Under the pieces are notes generated by a model, which was not told the DNA's origin, ran no database searches, and saw nothing but the letters and a program-made list of their open reading frames with translations. The translations under genes were made by a program, and so were the position numbers. A DNA stretch of 64,000 bases from Trichoplax sp. H2 (Eukaryota). Location of the stretch: positions 124,001-188,000 of the forward strand of contig NOWV01000026.1 in assembly GCA_003344405.1 (NCBI GenBank), read 5' to 3'. This document shows positions 39,035 through 51,300 of this stretch, one piece after another (position 1 is the stretch's first letter; the number at the start of each line of letters is the position of its first letter).

Positions 39035-42000
39035 CTAATTTCTGTTAGTTTCATCCACCGTTCCAATCAAGTGATTAATTTTATCAAGTAACATTTGAAA
39101 TTTATCCAAATATTGTTGAAAATACTGTCTAGTTATAAAGGTCAAATGTTAATCAACAGAACCTTGCTTACATTGAATTGTGGCAGTTTAGTTGTTTGCA
39201 TGATTGATACTTACCTGGTCTTGATATCATCATATAGGTCAACTATTTCATCTACAGAAATATTGTTAAATTCTTCATTGTAAGCCTAATGTGAGATTTA
39301 ATTGTTTTTATCATTCAGTATATTTGTTCTTATATGTATATCAATAATAAAAAAACTTAATCTAGCATAACTTGCCAATGTTGTATAGGCAAGAAGAGCT
39401 TTCTGCAATTCTTTAAAAATTTCCCTTTTGACTTCTTTTGTACAACTATCATTTACGTTTCGAACTCTAAGTATAGGAGATAGTATACAAATGGATTAAA
39501 TAACTCAATGGGCAGCATATCCGCAAGTGTTATGTCATTGCATCAGACATACTGTATACCTGATAAGTGCCCTAATAAGCGAATGAAGACGATCAATTAT
39601 CTGCCTTGTGTAAAGCGCTGCTCCCAAAGAAGTACCATTAAAAGGAGTTTCAGAAATTTCTCTATTCACATCGATAACTTTCAGTTGCGATGAAAGAAGA
39701 TTACTATCAATAATTAAATAACTGGTCAACACACATCGCTATTGAATAAAAACAGCTTGAGGAAACACTACAGAAACGTTAAAATAAATACATAGCATCT
39801 CTAATCAATTTAAGGAAAGATTACCATAAGTTATTAGCACTATCCCAAATCTGGTAAAATATAATCCTAGTTTTACTAGTTTCATGATTAAAGCCGGGAA
39901 ATCCTGTAGTTTGGGCATCCGGAATTAAGAAATCATTGCAACTTTGTGCGAGTAACGACGAGTTGTAATCATCAGTATATTGATTACTATTCTCTACAAC
40001 CATCTTTTCTTGTAAGAGTTTTATAACTTTTATGCCTTTTTGCGATATAGTCATATACTCCGGTCGGCAGTTAATATACTTCATTAGTTCCATACATGAT
40101 ACTAATATATCTTTGGTATCGGAACTACCTATATCTAGTCCTAAAGTGGATATTGTTAACCAATGATGAAAAATTATAATAATTAAAAGCATGTAAAAAT
40201 ACAGATTAATAGTAATTAATGTATTACAACAATTATACGCTCATTGCTTCAACCGTAGCAAAGTTGAAAGCGAGAAATATAAAGGAAATTTTTACTATAA
40301 AATATTCTTCTGACGTATAGGTGATACAATTAGCAACGGCAATAATTATAGATTAACTTCAGCTGCTTGGCTACAGACAAAGATGCTCGTACTACACTGT
40401 ATACAACTAGAGAATGTAACAAAGGAAGTCGTCTGTATGATGAATGTGATAATAACCTAGGGTTACTGATGTAAGAGATACTTACCGTTATTCCTAAATT
40501 TCTGTTGCAATAAATCAATGAATTGCTTGGAATCTCTTGAAAGAACATTACCAAAAACAGCTATCCAGTGCTTTTGTAATAAATATAGCAACTCATAACA
40601 ATTCCATGGCGGTTTAACAGCGACAATATCCATCCATGTATCATCGAATACTCTTCTAAATTCACTGGTTACAAATTCTGGTACTACTTCCTCAATTACG
40701 CTACGGACGTTATCAACAACTGCATGCCAACTGATTGTATGGTCTTCAGTTTGACACTACAATAAAATTAATCAAACACAGTAATGTATGAGTTAAACTA
40801 TTTATGCATTTTCATTTATAAACTTTAATATATTGTTATCATAGTTCTAGGTGATATACGAGTATAACCATGGTCAGCGTACACTAGAAGTCCTCATACA
40901 CGTATTAGCATCGTTAGGAAATTCGCCGACTTCCAACATTTCGATACTGTGTACATCTTGCATGGTAAGGGTGTCAATTTCTTCAATCTGAAACACATTA
41001 ATTCCAAGATATACCAGCTCCAATATTGTCTTGCTATTAAATGTTTTTATCCCATTGATTAAGGCTTTAGTACAAAGATTTTTATCATTTGAAAATAAAA
41101 CGACCGTGTTCTTTTTAGAAGAAGCTTCCATAGGATTATTAACTAAAGAAAGTCGTAAGACGTTAGTGATGAATTAAATTAGCTTTATAATATACAGTAA
41201 TCAGAATCCCTCACTTTTTCCACGATAGAACAAACAACATTGCAGGATGTAATCGTCATTGGTGGACGCAGCAAATAGTGTCTTCTGTTCTTGAATCTGC
41301 GTTGGAAAGCGTAAAATGTAGCAAAAATTAGGTATTTGTCGATAAAGTATCTCAAAATAATACAACAAGAACTTCAATCCCCTGTAAAACTGCACATTAT
41401 TACATAAGTTGGCTCATCTTCTAAATTACCGAAGACTGTCTGTCTTCATTCCACATCCTACAACCGTCTAACTTCTTACATAGTAAACGACTATTTACGA
41501 GATTTACAGTACAATTTGTATAGGAAGCATACACACTTATAGCAAACAGAAGCTTAATTTGATCAAATATAAATCCAGTGATAACTGAATTAAATTTTAA
41601 TTATTGCACGAGTATTATTTTACGTCTATGCACTACAGCATGCATACCTCATCTAGAGTTTGACCATGAATTCTGGGATGGTTTAAGGCGAAAGATTTGT
41701 AGAGAAAGTTTATAGCGGTCCTCGCATGTGTCTCTAGACTTAATTCGCAGCTCTTGTCCTTTCCTTTCGAAAATTTTTGGGTCGTATTTCTTCGTAAAGT
41801 TTTCAACGCGTCTAATTCTTCCACAACAATCCAAGGAATGACTAACACTGGGTATCCATAACCTAGATAATGGATCAAATCAATTTAAAATACGTTACTA
41901 ACGTAGTGCTGTACATGCACTGCCAGCGCCTGCACCTACGCATATCTTGCTATACGCGTACGGCGTTCATGTATGGCGAATTAATTAATTCAGAATTACT

Positions 42001-42333
42001 GTAAATGTCATTCCGAACTACGAAAGAAGTTTCTAAGCTTAACCTAAAGCATAGTACTGTATCATGCCTTGTGGTCCGTGAATGTATGATGTACCGTATA
42101 CCGTCAGTGTTACCTTTGATTTGTTTGTCTTTTAACAAGGTTACCATTTCTAAATGAGATAACAAAATATTCGTATCCACTATGATGAATAATTTGTAAT
42201 TTTTGTCTCCTTCCGTAGCAGATAAGGTATCATTTAAAATTTCTTCACGCTGTCCACTAGCCATTTTTGATTCACTATCAGCATCTGCATCGATTTCCAT
42301 GTCTACCCCGAGCTCATCATCTTGTTCGTCCAT
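39035..42333 (-). CDS. SWT1: SWT1-like PIN-domain RNA endonuclease, multi-exon (internal 3' exon borders approximate)
   Basis: PIN motifs IIVDTNILLSHL, LVIPWIVVEELDALK, ARTAINFL, NDDYILQCC, VVLFSNDKNLCTKALINGI. An in-frame stop precedes the ATG at 42333. The last exon ends ETNRN* at 39035. Confidence 0.85.
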
Positions 42334-44076
42334 TTTGATTTACTGTTAATGGTGCTGTGGATTACCGCGAAATGCGGAGTACTTGAAGATTTGTCTACTG
42401 CGATGTACAGTATTGTGTACCGCTATGCATTTACGAGTATTCAATTGCCACCTAGAAGAATTCAAGCGATGGCTGAATGCACACCGTCACTACCAATACC
42501 CTCGGAATGCACTACTACCAAATGCATCAGCACTACAGTATAAAATAAATAAATTAAATTTTGATTTGTTACAGTTATCAGGGTTCAAAAATATAGTACT
42601 GCATCTGCGCATCAGTAAAGACGGCAATGTCGAATACTTTACACACTTTTTCTTGGTCATTGTAAATACAGTAAATAAAACAGTACTGTACGGTACTTTC
42701 ATTATTAGTGTCCAATAGTGTCCATACTGTACTCCATAGTGTTTGACGAAGCTTGGAAATAGTACATACAGTACAGCGACCATCACAATATTAGTAGTAG
42801 TAAAAAAGACCCATTTGCATGATGGACTACAGTAATATACTAACTGTAACTTAATAGATCTATGCTACAGGTCTACAGCATCACAGATCTATCGATATCA
42901 GTATCGTATCTCTCTATGATCTACTGACAGTATTCATTTTTTTCTTTTTATACTCGTATAATCCAGTCAAGTAGTCAACTTTACCTTCATATTAAAGTAA
43001 GATAAATATGACTCAAACAATTCACTACGTTACCAAACTTATAGTAACATCTGCCACAAGGAGTTCTTACGTACTTACAGTACTGTAGTTTAGTGTCTGT
43101 GATTTACTGTTAAAGTAGAAGTCACTTGTACAGTACATATCTACACTCTACATGTGCCACTATTGGATTCTACGCTATATCGATTTATAAATAATGCAGG
43201 AATCATGGGTAACGCAACAGAGTCCAATACGAAGGTACGAAGATTTTGCATGGCGCGAGACTTAGGGCTATTTCCTAAATTGATGAAGTACAAGTACCGT
43301 ATAAAACCAGTCATTAACGTAGCTGGTATTTTGACTAGTTATTGCACCTACTTTAAGAATAATTTAATCAATGTAAATTCATTCATTTATATGGGCGTGC
43401 GACTGAAAGTTACTGTACCGTATAATTTACTTTACAAGATCACAAACCAATTAGTTTACATAAATGTAGAATGGCTAGAACATGTGTTAAAAAGAGAAGG
43501 CTCCAGGTACACTGAGCTTAGCACATTATCAGTTATTATGGTATAGGCCACACAATTTATGAATCGTATGATATGAATTTTTTTAAATTTGTATTTAACA
43601 TTTCAATTATTGATGTACTTTAAGAGATAACCAAGATATTATCAAATCTTTATGAAAATTATAAACATCATGCAGATCAAAAATTATGAGATAATTTAAA
43701 TACAATAATAATCTAACAATGGAAGCAAGACCAATGTTACTATATGGATATGTTTAAAGCCAAGCCGCTTAGTAGATAGCTGAATTATTTCTTGTTACTA
43801 CGAGTTTATATAACCGAAGCTGAATAGACAGCCACACTACAAGCTAGTCTCGTAACACAAAGGATGTCTTAATAGTTATTTCAATCCAGAGAGCTGCACG
43901 TTTTGAGCTCTCGGTTTAGATAATAGTAAAACGATTTAGTGTTCATCTACCTTATGTTAGTACATTGTTAGTCAAATAGAAGAGTCTTGCATAAGCAATA
44001 ATGCACTTATACGAATTGTAAATATCTAATATTTTTATCTAGTGAACCTTGGTGCTTATTGAACACGCGAAGTGTT

Positions 44077-45498
44077 TTAATTTATGCGATAATTTTCATG
44101 TAATTCTGGTTTGATATCGTAGAGCAAGGATAGGACGCGATCTATTACTTTATTTTTATTTGCAGCAGCGAGACGATTTTGATCATTGATTTTTTGATGG
44201 GTCTGATCTTTAATTTTGATGGCAAAATCATCCTTTGATCCGGAACTCTGGAATGCAAATAATATAATTATAATGACAATGTAACCTCGATACTCAATAC
44301 TCATCTTTATCTTCATGTCTCAATTGTGTAAATGGCAATATATATTCTAATAACGATATAACCATCAACGAGAACTAGCGTGTAACTTTAAATAGGAAAA
44401 CATGACAGAGTTGAACATAAAAATATCTATTCTAAATTGGACTGAGCGCTATGCAAGAGAAATGCATGAAACTGCAAAGCAGTTAATTTATGATTTTAAT
44501 ATTTGCAACGAAAGCGTAAATCGTAAATGTTAGAGTTTGCGAATTTTATCTCTATATTTGCCATTTTCTAATGTGACACTAGTAACTTAGTTAATAATTA
44601 TAAGCAGACAATATTGCGATAAACACCCGTTTAAAATATTATATTTAAAATATGTTAATGCTAATAATTCTTATTACTAACAGCCTAAAGGTGAGTTATA
44701 CTTTATTTGTTAAACAATCATTACTTTCAAATACATGAAACTGGATGATGCATTTATTATTCAACCCGCAGTAAAGTATTCATAAGTTATTCTCATCAGT
44801 GAAGTTGTTAGAGTGAGTAATCTTGGGCTTCAATTATACTGCAGGAGCTAGAGAGATGTGATGCACTAAGCATAACAAATGTTTCTATAGCATTATCAAA
44901 ATCCGATATTATCAGGAAATAGAACCAAAGTTTGATAATGCTGGTGGGCTATTTAAATATTAGGCTTAATTCACACTTAAAACAGTGGAATACTTGGTTT
45001 TCTGATGTTATAGTGCTCAAGAACTCACCTCTTTCACTTTAGCTTGAAATTCTTGCTCACGTTGAACTTTAAATTTTTCTATTTCAGATTGTGCTTCCTC
45101 TTTCGCCTGCTTTAATCTTCTCGTCTTTCCTAAAGGTTGACATCAACAAAGAAAGCACTACCATTATTCAAAATAAATTACCACACTATCGATTTCATAA
45201 GCTTAATAATAAATTTACGATTTAATGGATATCTAGCCTAGTAATTTGGTAACACGAGTTCTACAAACGACATAATATATATGCGTATAAAGTATATCGA
45301 AGTCCATGATTTGACATATGCCTTATTTTGCCTCGAAAATTTTAAACTTAACCATTCCAGCATTTTAGTACTTGGGCATAATAAAACCTTAAAGGTGTAC
45401 CTGTTTAGTTACTTACGTTTCTTTGCGTCATTTACAAGTTCACTAGCCTTTTTTTCAGCTTGTAAAAGTTGCTGAATCCCTTCACTTTTAGACGCCAT
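44077..45498 (-). CDS. ATP6V1G: V-type proton ATPase subunit G; exons 45498-45417, 45129-45029, 44247-44077
   Basis: MASKSEGIQQLLQAEKKASELVNDAKKRKTRRLKQAKEEAQSEIEKFK...DIKPELHENYRIN*. Confidence 0.97.
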
Positions 45499-45571
45499 AT
45501 TGCCAGTAATGCAATAATTACGAATGTGACTTCGAAAGGGATTCGACTGCCTTTTGCGATGGATTTATACG

Positions 45572-46390
45572 GTACTGTACCGTACCGAACAGTTATTGCA
45601 TTGGTTATTACATTTTTCTCGACATCTGTTATAGTTTACAAATTCATACTACCGTACTAGACTGTATTACTGTATTACTGTATCGACGCAACAGATAGAT
45701 ATACCGCAAGACTAATCATACAGTACTAGTAAACGTCCTGTGACTTAGTGTGTAAAGGCACGTGACAATCGATGTCATAACATATTTCATACTGTACTGT
45801 ACTGTACAGTACAGTACAGTACGTTGTACACAGATACTGTACAGTACAGTGCGAACTGGTTCACACTGTACAGTACACTGTATGTCTAAGATATTTCAGC
45901 CGATAAATTTTAACATCCAAAAACAAATAAATTTCGGAAAGTGAACAAATAATACATCAATCGATTTTGCTTGTTAAAATTTATCGGCTGAAATATCTTA
46001 GACATACTGTACTACTGTATACTGTACAGTGTACAGTACAGAAGACTTAAGACGGCGAAGTCGAAAGAACTTGTACAGTGTACAGTACTGTACTGTAGCT
46101 ACCTCGGGTGACGGTGATCAAAAAATGTCAATGACCCTGATGTACAGTACTGTACTGTACACTAATTGTACTGTACAGTACTGTACTGTACAGTACAGTA
46201 CAGTACAGTACAGTACAGTACTAAGAGAAAACCTTGTGAGTGAGCTGCATACTGTACAGTACAGTACAGTATTCAGTACAGTACTAAGAGAAAACCTTGT
46301 ACAGTAAGTGAGCTGCATATCAGTACAGTACGGTAAAATTAGTTGTACAGTGTACAGTACAGTACTGTTATTGATACAGTTATGCTCAGT
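45572..46390. repeat. TACAG/CTGTA array upstream of ATP6V1G, containing the MITE and a short direct repeat
   Basis: Direct reading of the sequence. Confidence 0.9.
45883..46004. mobile_element. MITE-like element, 122 bp, perfect 33-bp terminal inverted repeats, TA target-site duplication
   Basis: tgtctaagatatttcagccgataaattttaaca (45883-45915) is the exact reverse complement of 45972-46004. TA lies at 45881-82 and 46005-06. The reconstructed empty site cactgTActgtac restores the local pentamer array. Confidence 0.8.
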
Positions 46391-48350
46391 ACAGCAATGA
46401 CATCTGCGATCATATGACCTCTTGACAGAGCATGGTCAAAGCTTGATCACTAATTTTAAAAGTACGCGTGCTTCCAAACTAAACTGTCATTCAGCGTCTT
46501 CAAAATTAATCGAAATTGCGAGAATTCTCTCCGGCAATGCATCGTGCGATATCGGTCGTTATAAATCCTCATCAAATTAATGCATTATACGTAAAAAGGT
46601 AATCTGTCAGTATTATACAATTTTTATTAAGTATGCAAACTTTTACGTAACTATTTTAGCTGCTTCCTGGAGTAGGGTATCCGTTCAATTTGAACGAGGT
46701 CCTTCTTTGGTTTACCACTTTAGATAAATTCTTGTAAATTCTTTAATTTTTTTGTTTTTCATTTATCATGATTAGTCGTATTTGCTGTATACAGTATTAT
46801 ACTGATGTAGAGCGTAAATGATGATGGAAATGTTACAACTGAATATCAGTACGTGCTTGTAGCTTGTACAATGTACACTGTAATGTCTTGATGATAGTTG
46901 TGTACAATGTCAATCTTTCGCTCCTATCTGAAAACGTTTATCTTTAGCTCATCAGTTCCTTGTTAATCATGTAATAATGAGAATAGCCGTATTTAAAAAC
47001 GGATTATTTTGGTATTCTAATTTGAAAATATTTCTTGCTAGCCTAAGCAGAATGAGCTGGCGTGATCTTTGGTCTTTGCACTTTTAATTTGGTAGACGTT
47101 ATGGGACCGTGCCGGTAATAAACTTTCTGAAATCTCTTAATTTGATTGAATCGATTGAAAATAGTAAGATAGTTATGGAAAAGAATGATGACAGCATATT
47201 TGCTACTCATGATGGCTCAGATGACGAAATCATTAGCCACCAAGATCTCTGAACCTAAAATGAAAATCTTCGAAATTTTCTTTGCAACCGCATGCACGTT
47301 TTCACTATTCTTGAGTGTAGCAAGAATTGTTAAGGCTAATTACAGTATCGCAATGCAAATTACCATAAAATTCAATTTTTGGGGAAGGACTGCTTTATGA
47401 TTGCAAATCTCTAGATATGCTTCGTACAAGTTTATTATGCATACTGTATTGCATGACTAAGCCTGATAAATTTTTTTTTTCAGTTAATAATGTTGCCGAG
47501 TTAATACAACCAGTTGCATTGACGTTACTACTGTATCGTGTAATTAAACGTCCATTATAATATTTTTATTTTGGGTTATACTGACTCATGATTATTATAC
47601 ATGTAACATTTATTTATCTAGTGAGCCATTTATGAATCCACCTCTAGTTGGTCACATTTGAAATTCTCCAAACATCAAGAGAAAGCGCTAAAAATGAAGA
47701 CCTATAAATCATGATGAGAATTATGAACAGGTAACTTACTCACGCGTCTAGTCAGTACTTAGATACGAAATTTTATAGAGGTAGAAAAGTCAAAATGATG
47801 ATAATTTCGAAGGCATAGTTCAATCTGAGTTTTATAGTGACAGAGAATTTCACTCCACTCTGACTTCTTTTCTATATTAAATTAAGTTTACTAGTTAGGC
47901 AGTTGATGTATTGGAGTTAATTTGAAAATATTGATCTAGCACATTATATATTGATACTCCTGCTACCATGGAACTGGACCTATTCAAGCATGGTCAATTC
48001 CCAGCAAAACAGGTATCACTGCTTATAGTTACTTTTTGAATACGGTACAGCAAGAATCTGATCTATACAATCACAGGATGATAATATCATGATGGGAATC
48101 TCTCAGAATTATTTAACGTGAAGATAATTATTTTCTTCGAAACTGAATTGTGATTGTCATTTTAGCTTCTAGTCTTTATTTATGTCTAGATTCGCTAACT
48201 TCTAAACATAAGTGAAGTAAATTTTACGCTTTACGTGAGCTATGATCTTTTATCTCCATTATTATATGCACTTAGGTCTATCAACAATTGGAAGGAGAAC
48301 TTAAATGTACGGTACCTACAGCAGCAAAGCCAATTTAGACAAGCAAGGTA
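46382..48350 (+). pseudogene. Putative decayed multi-exon protein-coding gene of unknown family
   Basis: A series of AG...GT bounded, coding-like segments (LLPGVGYPFNLNEVLLWFTTLDKF; TLYIDTPATMELDLFKHGQFPAKQ; VYQQLEGELKCTVPTAAKPI*TSK) interrupted by in-frame stops. It lies just downstream of a promoter-type pentamer array. Confidence 0.35.
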
Positions 48351-51300
48351 TTAATGCAATCGATGAATAAGACTAGCTTGTTACAATTATTTAGATGCAC
48401 AAGATGAAAAAGATTAGGGACATCTGAATATGTATAAATATTATACATAAATCATGAATGTTTTGGAAATCGATAGGCCTGACGCACTAATTATATAATT
48501 ATTTTCTGACTGCTACGGTTAGAATATAAAATAATTTAATGCAAATTCTGTAACTATTTTATTTTGGTCAAGAATTTCATTAGAGCAAGAGACGGCTTTT
48601 AATGCAGTCAGATATGGTCTCCCTTTTTGTCTTCGCTGTCAAGATTGATTATTGTTGAACTGTTAAGTTGGACTCCTCGATTTTCCTAATTAGATGTAAT
48701 AAGGTAATTTCGTTACGAGTAACTCTCGTGACTCCTGTTGTGCTAAGTGTGTACGATGAAACTCCCGCTTAGTTATTCTATATGTAATCGCTATTATCAA
48801 TGATGACGAAGATTGCTATAGTTATCCCTGTCAGAATATGACTAAATGTTGATATCACGTCAGTCTGAGACAATAAATGTCTTATTTATAATCATACCTT
48901 TCAAGGATTTTGTGTTCTCCTAAACTTTACGTAAACGTATTTTGTCTTAGGTTTACCTGGCACGGTAGCGTAAAATTTCACGATTGCATTTATTTGGTAT
49001 AGTTACGTCTGTCTAAGGATTGAAATGTATGTACAGTACTACTGATTAACCTTGGCATAATATACAAGATTTATTAGAAATACTGCAGCTCCCGATTGTT
49101 TGTAAATTATCATGAGTACAGTATATAAGTTGAGGCTACTACCATAACTAGTTTTTAGATATATTTTACCTATTAATTTTCCCTATATTTTAGATATAAC
49201 CAAATCATTTATACTCTGCAGGAATTGGTATGGTATAGGTGACGATAGAACTCCTTATGCTGCCTAGAACCTTTCACTGTTCAGATTCCAGTCTGAACAT
49301 GTCTAATTCTGCCTTGGCAATGATCGCTTTCTGATAATATATCAACGTTAAAAAGTTCTGAATAATATTTCGCAGTAAATATACAGTATTGTACTAAATC
49401 AGTTATAAATAATAAAGTCATCAATTTAATTGCGTAATGATGTAAACTTTGTTTCAAAATCTTTAAACGGCGTTAGTGATGCCATGTTATGCTGTGTACA
49501 TGTTACCTATATACGCGTATTGCGTATAATCATGAGTATGGCAGCAGTCTTGGTTAACCGGGCGACTGCACTGAATAAATAAGATCTTGAGCCGCACATC
49601 GAATGTTATAAGAGCGTGTACGTATTAGTATTGCGTTAGAATAGATTAAGGATATAAATATTATTGTACTATTCTCATACACCGACGTTAGAGTGTACTA
49701 CAGCTCATTATGTGAATATACAGTATGATTACACGATATTTTGGTGTATTCATTAGTTGGCGGAGTTAACGGACGGGCGTTCGATTGTTTAATTATTAAG
49801 CTTAGTTACTGTGAACATAACCTCTAACACAGGCGCTTCAGTGTCTTCAGTCGTACATGATGAGTATGTGCTATTTCTATAATTACATATTTCACCGTAT
49901 GCTTGCGACTTATGAAATCTCGTTTGCACACAATAGGTTGTTAGCGTTTGCCAAAGTCCTTTGGTCAACATAATTGTACTGTACTGTATGTATACTGTAA
50001 TTCCTTTACGCCTTATCAGCGAGCTCTGTAAAATTTTTACTCCGAAGTAAAATTCAGACGTTGAAGGATAATTCAGTTTAGTATATTTTATACATGTAAA
50101 CCGTGTGAAAGGGAGTTTTCATGTCTCTGTGGTTAAGTGAATTAACTGCAGTACTGTGATGCAACAACTGAAGTGGTCATGATTCTGTAAACAGTAGAGC
50201 AGGCTGCCTGTCTATACAATTTTACAAAGTACCTAGTACTACAGCGAAGTTCTGTATCCGAACTTTTCTTGCATGCTGTGCATTTCCATAGTAAAATGGT
50301 CTGTAATTATCTTACACTACCATACGCATGTTAATTCATCTAATTTTTATGACAGCCTGCTCTTGATGGCAGTTTTTCTCTAAATTTCGATTTTTAGATT
50401 CTCGTCCCCTATTTCTAGGCGTATTTGAGCGTTACTTGTACTTAGCCACAATAATGTTATAATTTTGTCATTAGAGTAAACGATAAGATAAACTGAGATT
50501 AGACTATCGTAGAGAATTGAAGAGATGATGTCGGAGTTTCATGGCAATAAACGTATGATTACGAACGTACTGTAATTTACCGTACTGTATATCTTCTGTG
50601 CTGAGATACGGTAATGGCAACGTCTACCATCGCTTCTCCGATAGTACTGAAGTCAAGTGCTTACGTAGAGTACAGTACAGTATATCGTCATCACGATAAG
50701 AAAGACCGAAATAAATTTATAAAGATAGTACTGTAATAAGAAATGCAGCTAAATAAAAGGTCATCATGGACTACTAAATCTTGGCGTAGAAGATTTTAGT
50801 TCTCCATGGTCAATTGGTCATGCTTTAAACTGTATACTTAGTTGTATGCATGTCTGAGAAACAATATTGTACGTACTGTATATCGGAGCGTAAAAGATAG
50901 TGAATGACGAACTCCCAATATCTTATACGTACGTGTACTGTACTGTACAGTGTACACTGTGTTACGGTCAATCCCGGGAATCGGTCATAGTGCGATGCAA
51001 AGCAGTACGCAATATATTAAACCGTCTGGATAAGATGCCCAGTGTACGACCGCAGTACAGTACAGTCAATCTGCAAGTCTTTCTGAAAATATTTTATACC
51101 TTTGGATTCATGTTTCATTTACCGTTCTTCACAGCTTTGGCAACTTCTGAAACAAACGGTTTCTCTAATCAAATCCAGACCGTGCACATTTCATACGTTC
51201 GATGTTTCCGATACTAAACTACTGCTTTTAGTTGTTTTATCTGTAATGATAAAATTATTACGTGGCTCTTTAACTTCTGAATGTCTAGTGTTTTATCTAA

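Noticed and set aside
43154..43546. 130-aa ORF as an intronless gene
   Set aside because: It has a non-ATG start, intron-like composition and no recognisable motif.
3508..46318. Many ORF-track peptides rich in YSTVQ/LYCTV (e.g. 3508-3708, 23517-23953, 46029-46318)
   Set aside because: They are translations of the TACAG/CTGTA arrays, which lack stop codons. There is no evidence they encode proteins.
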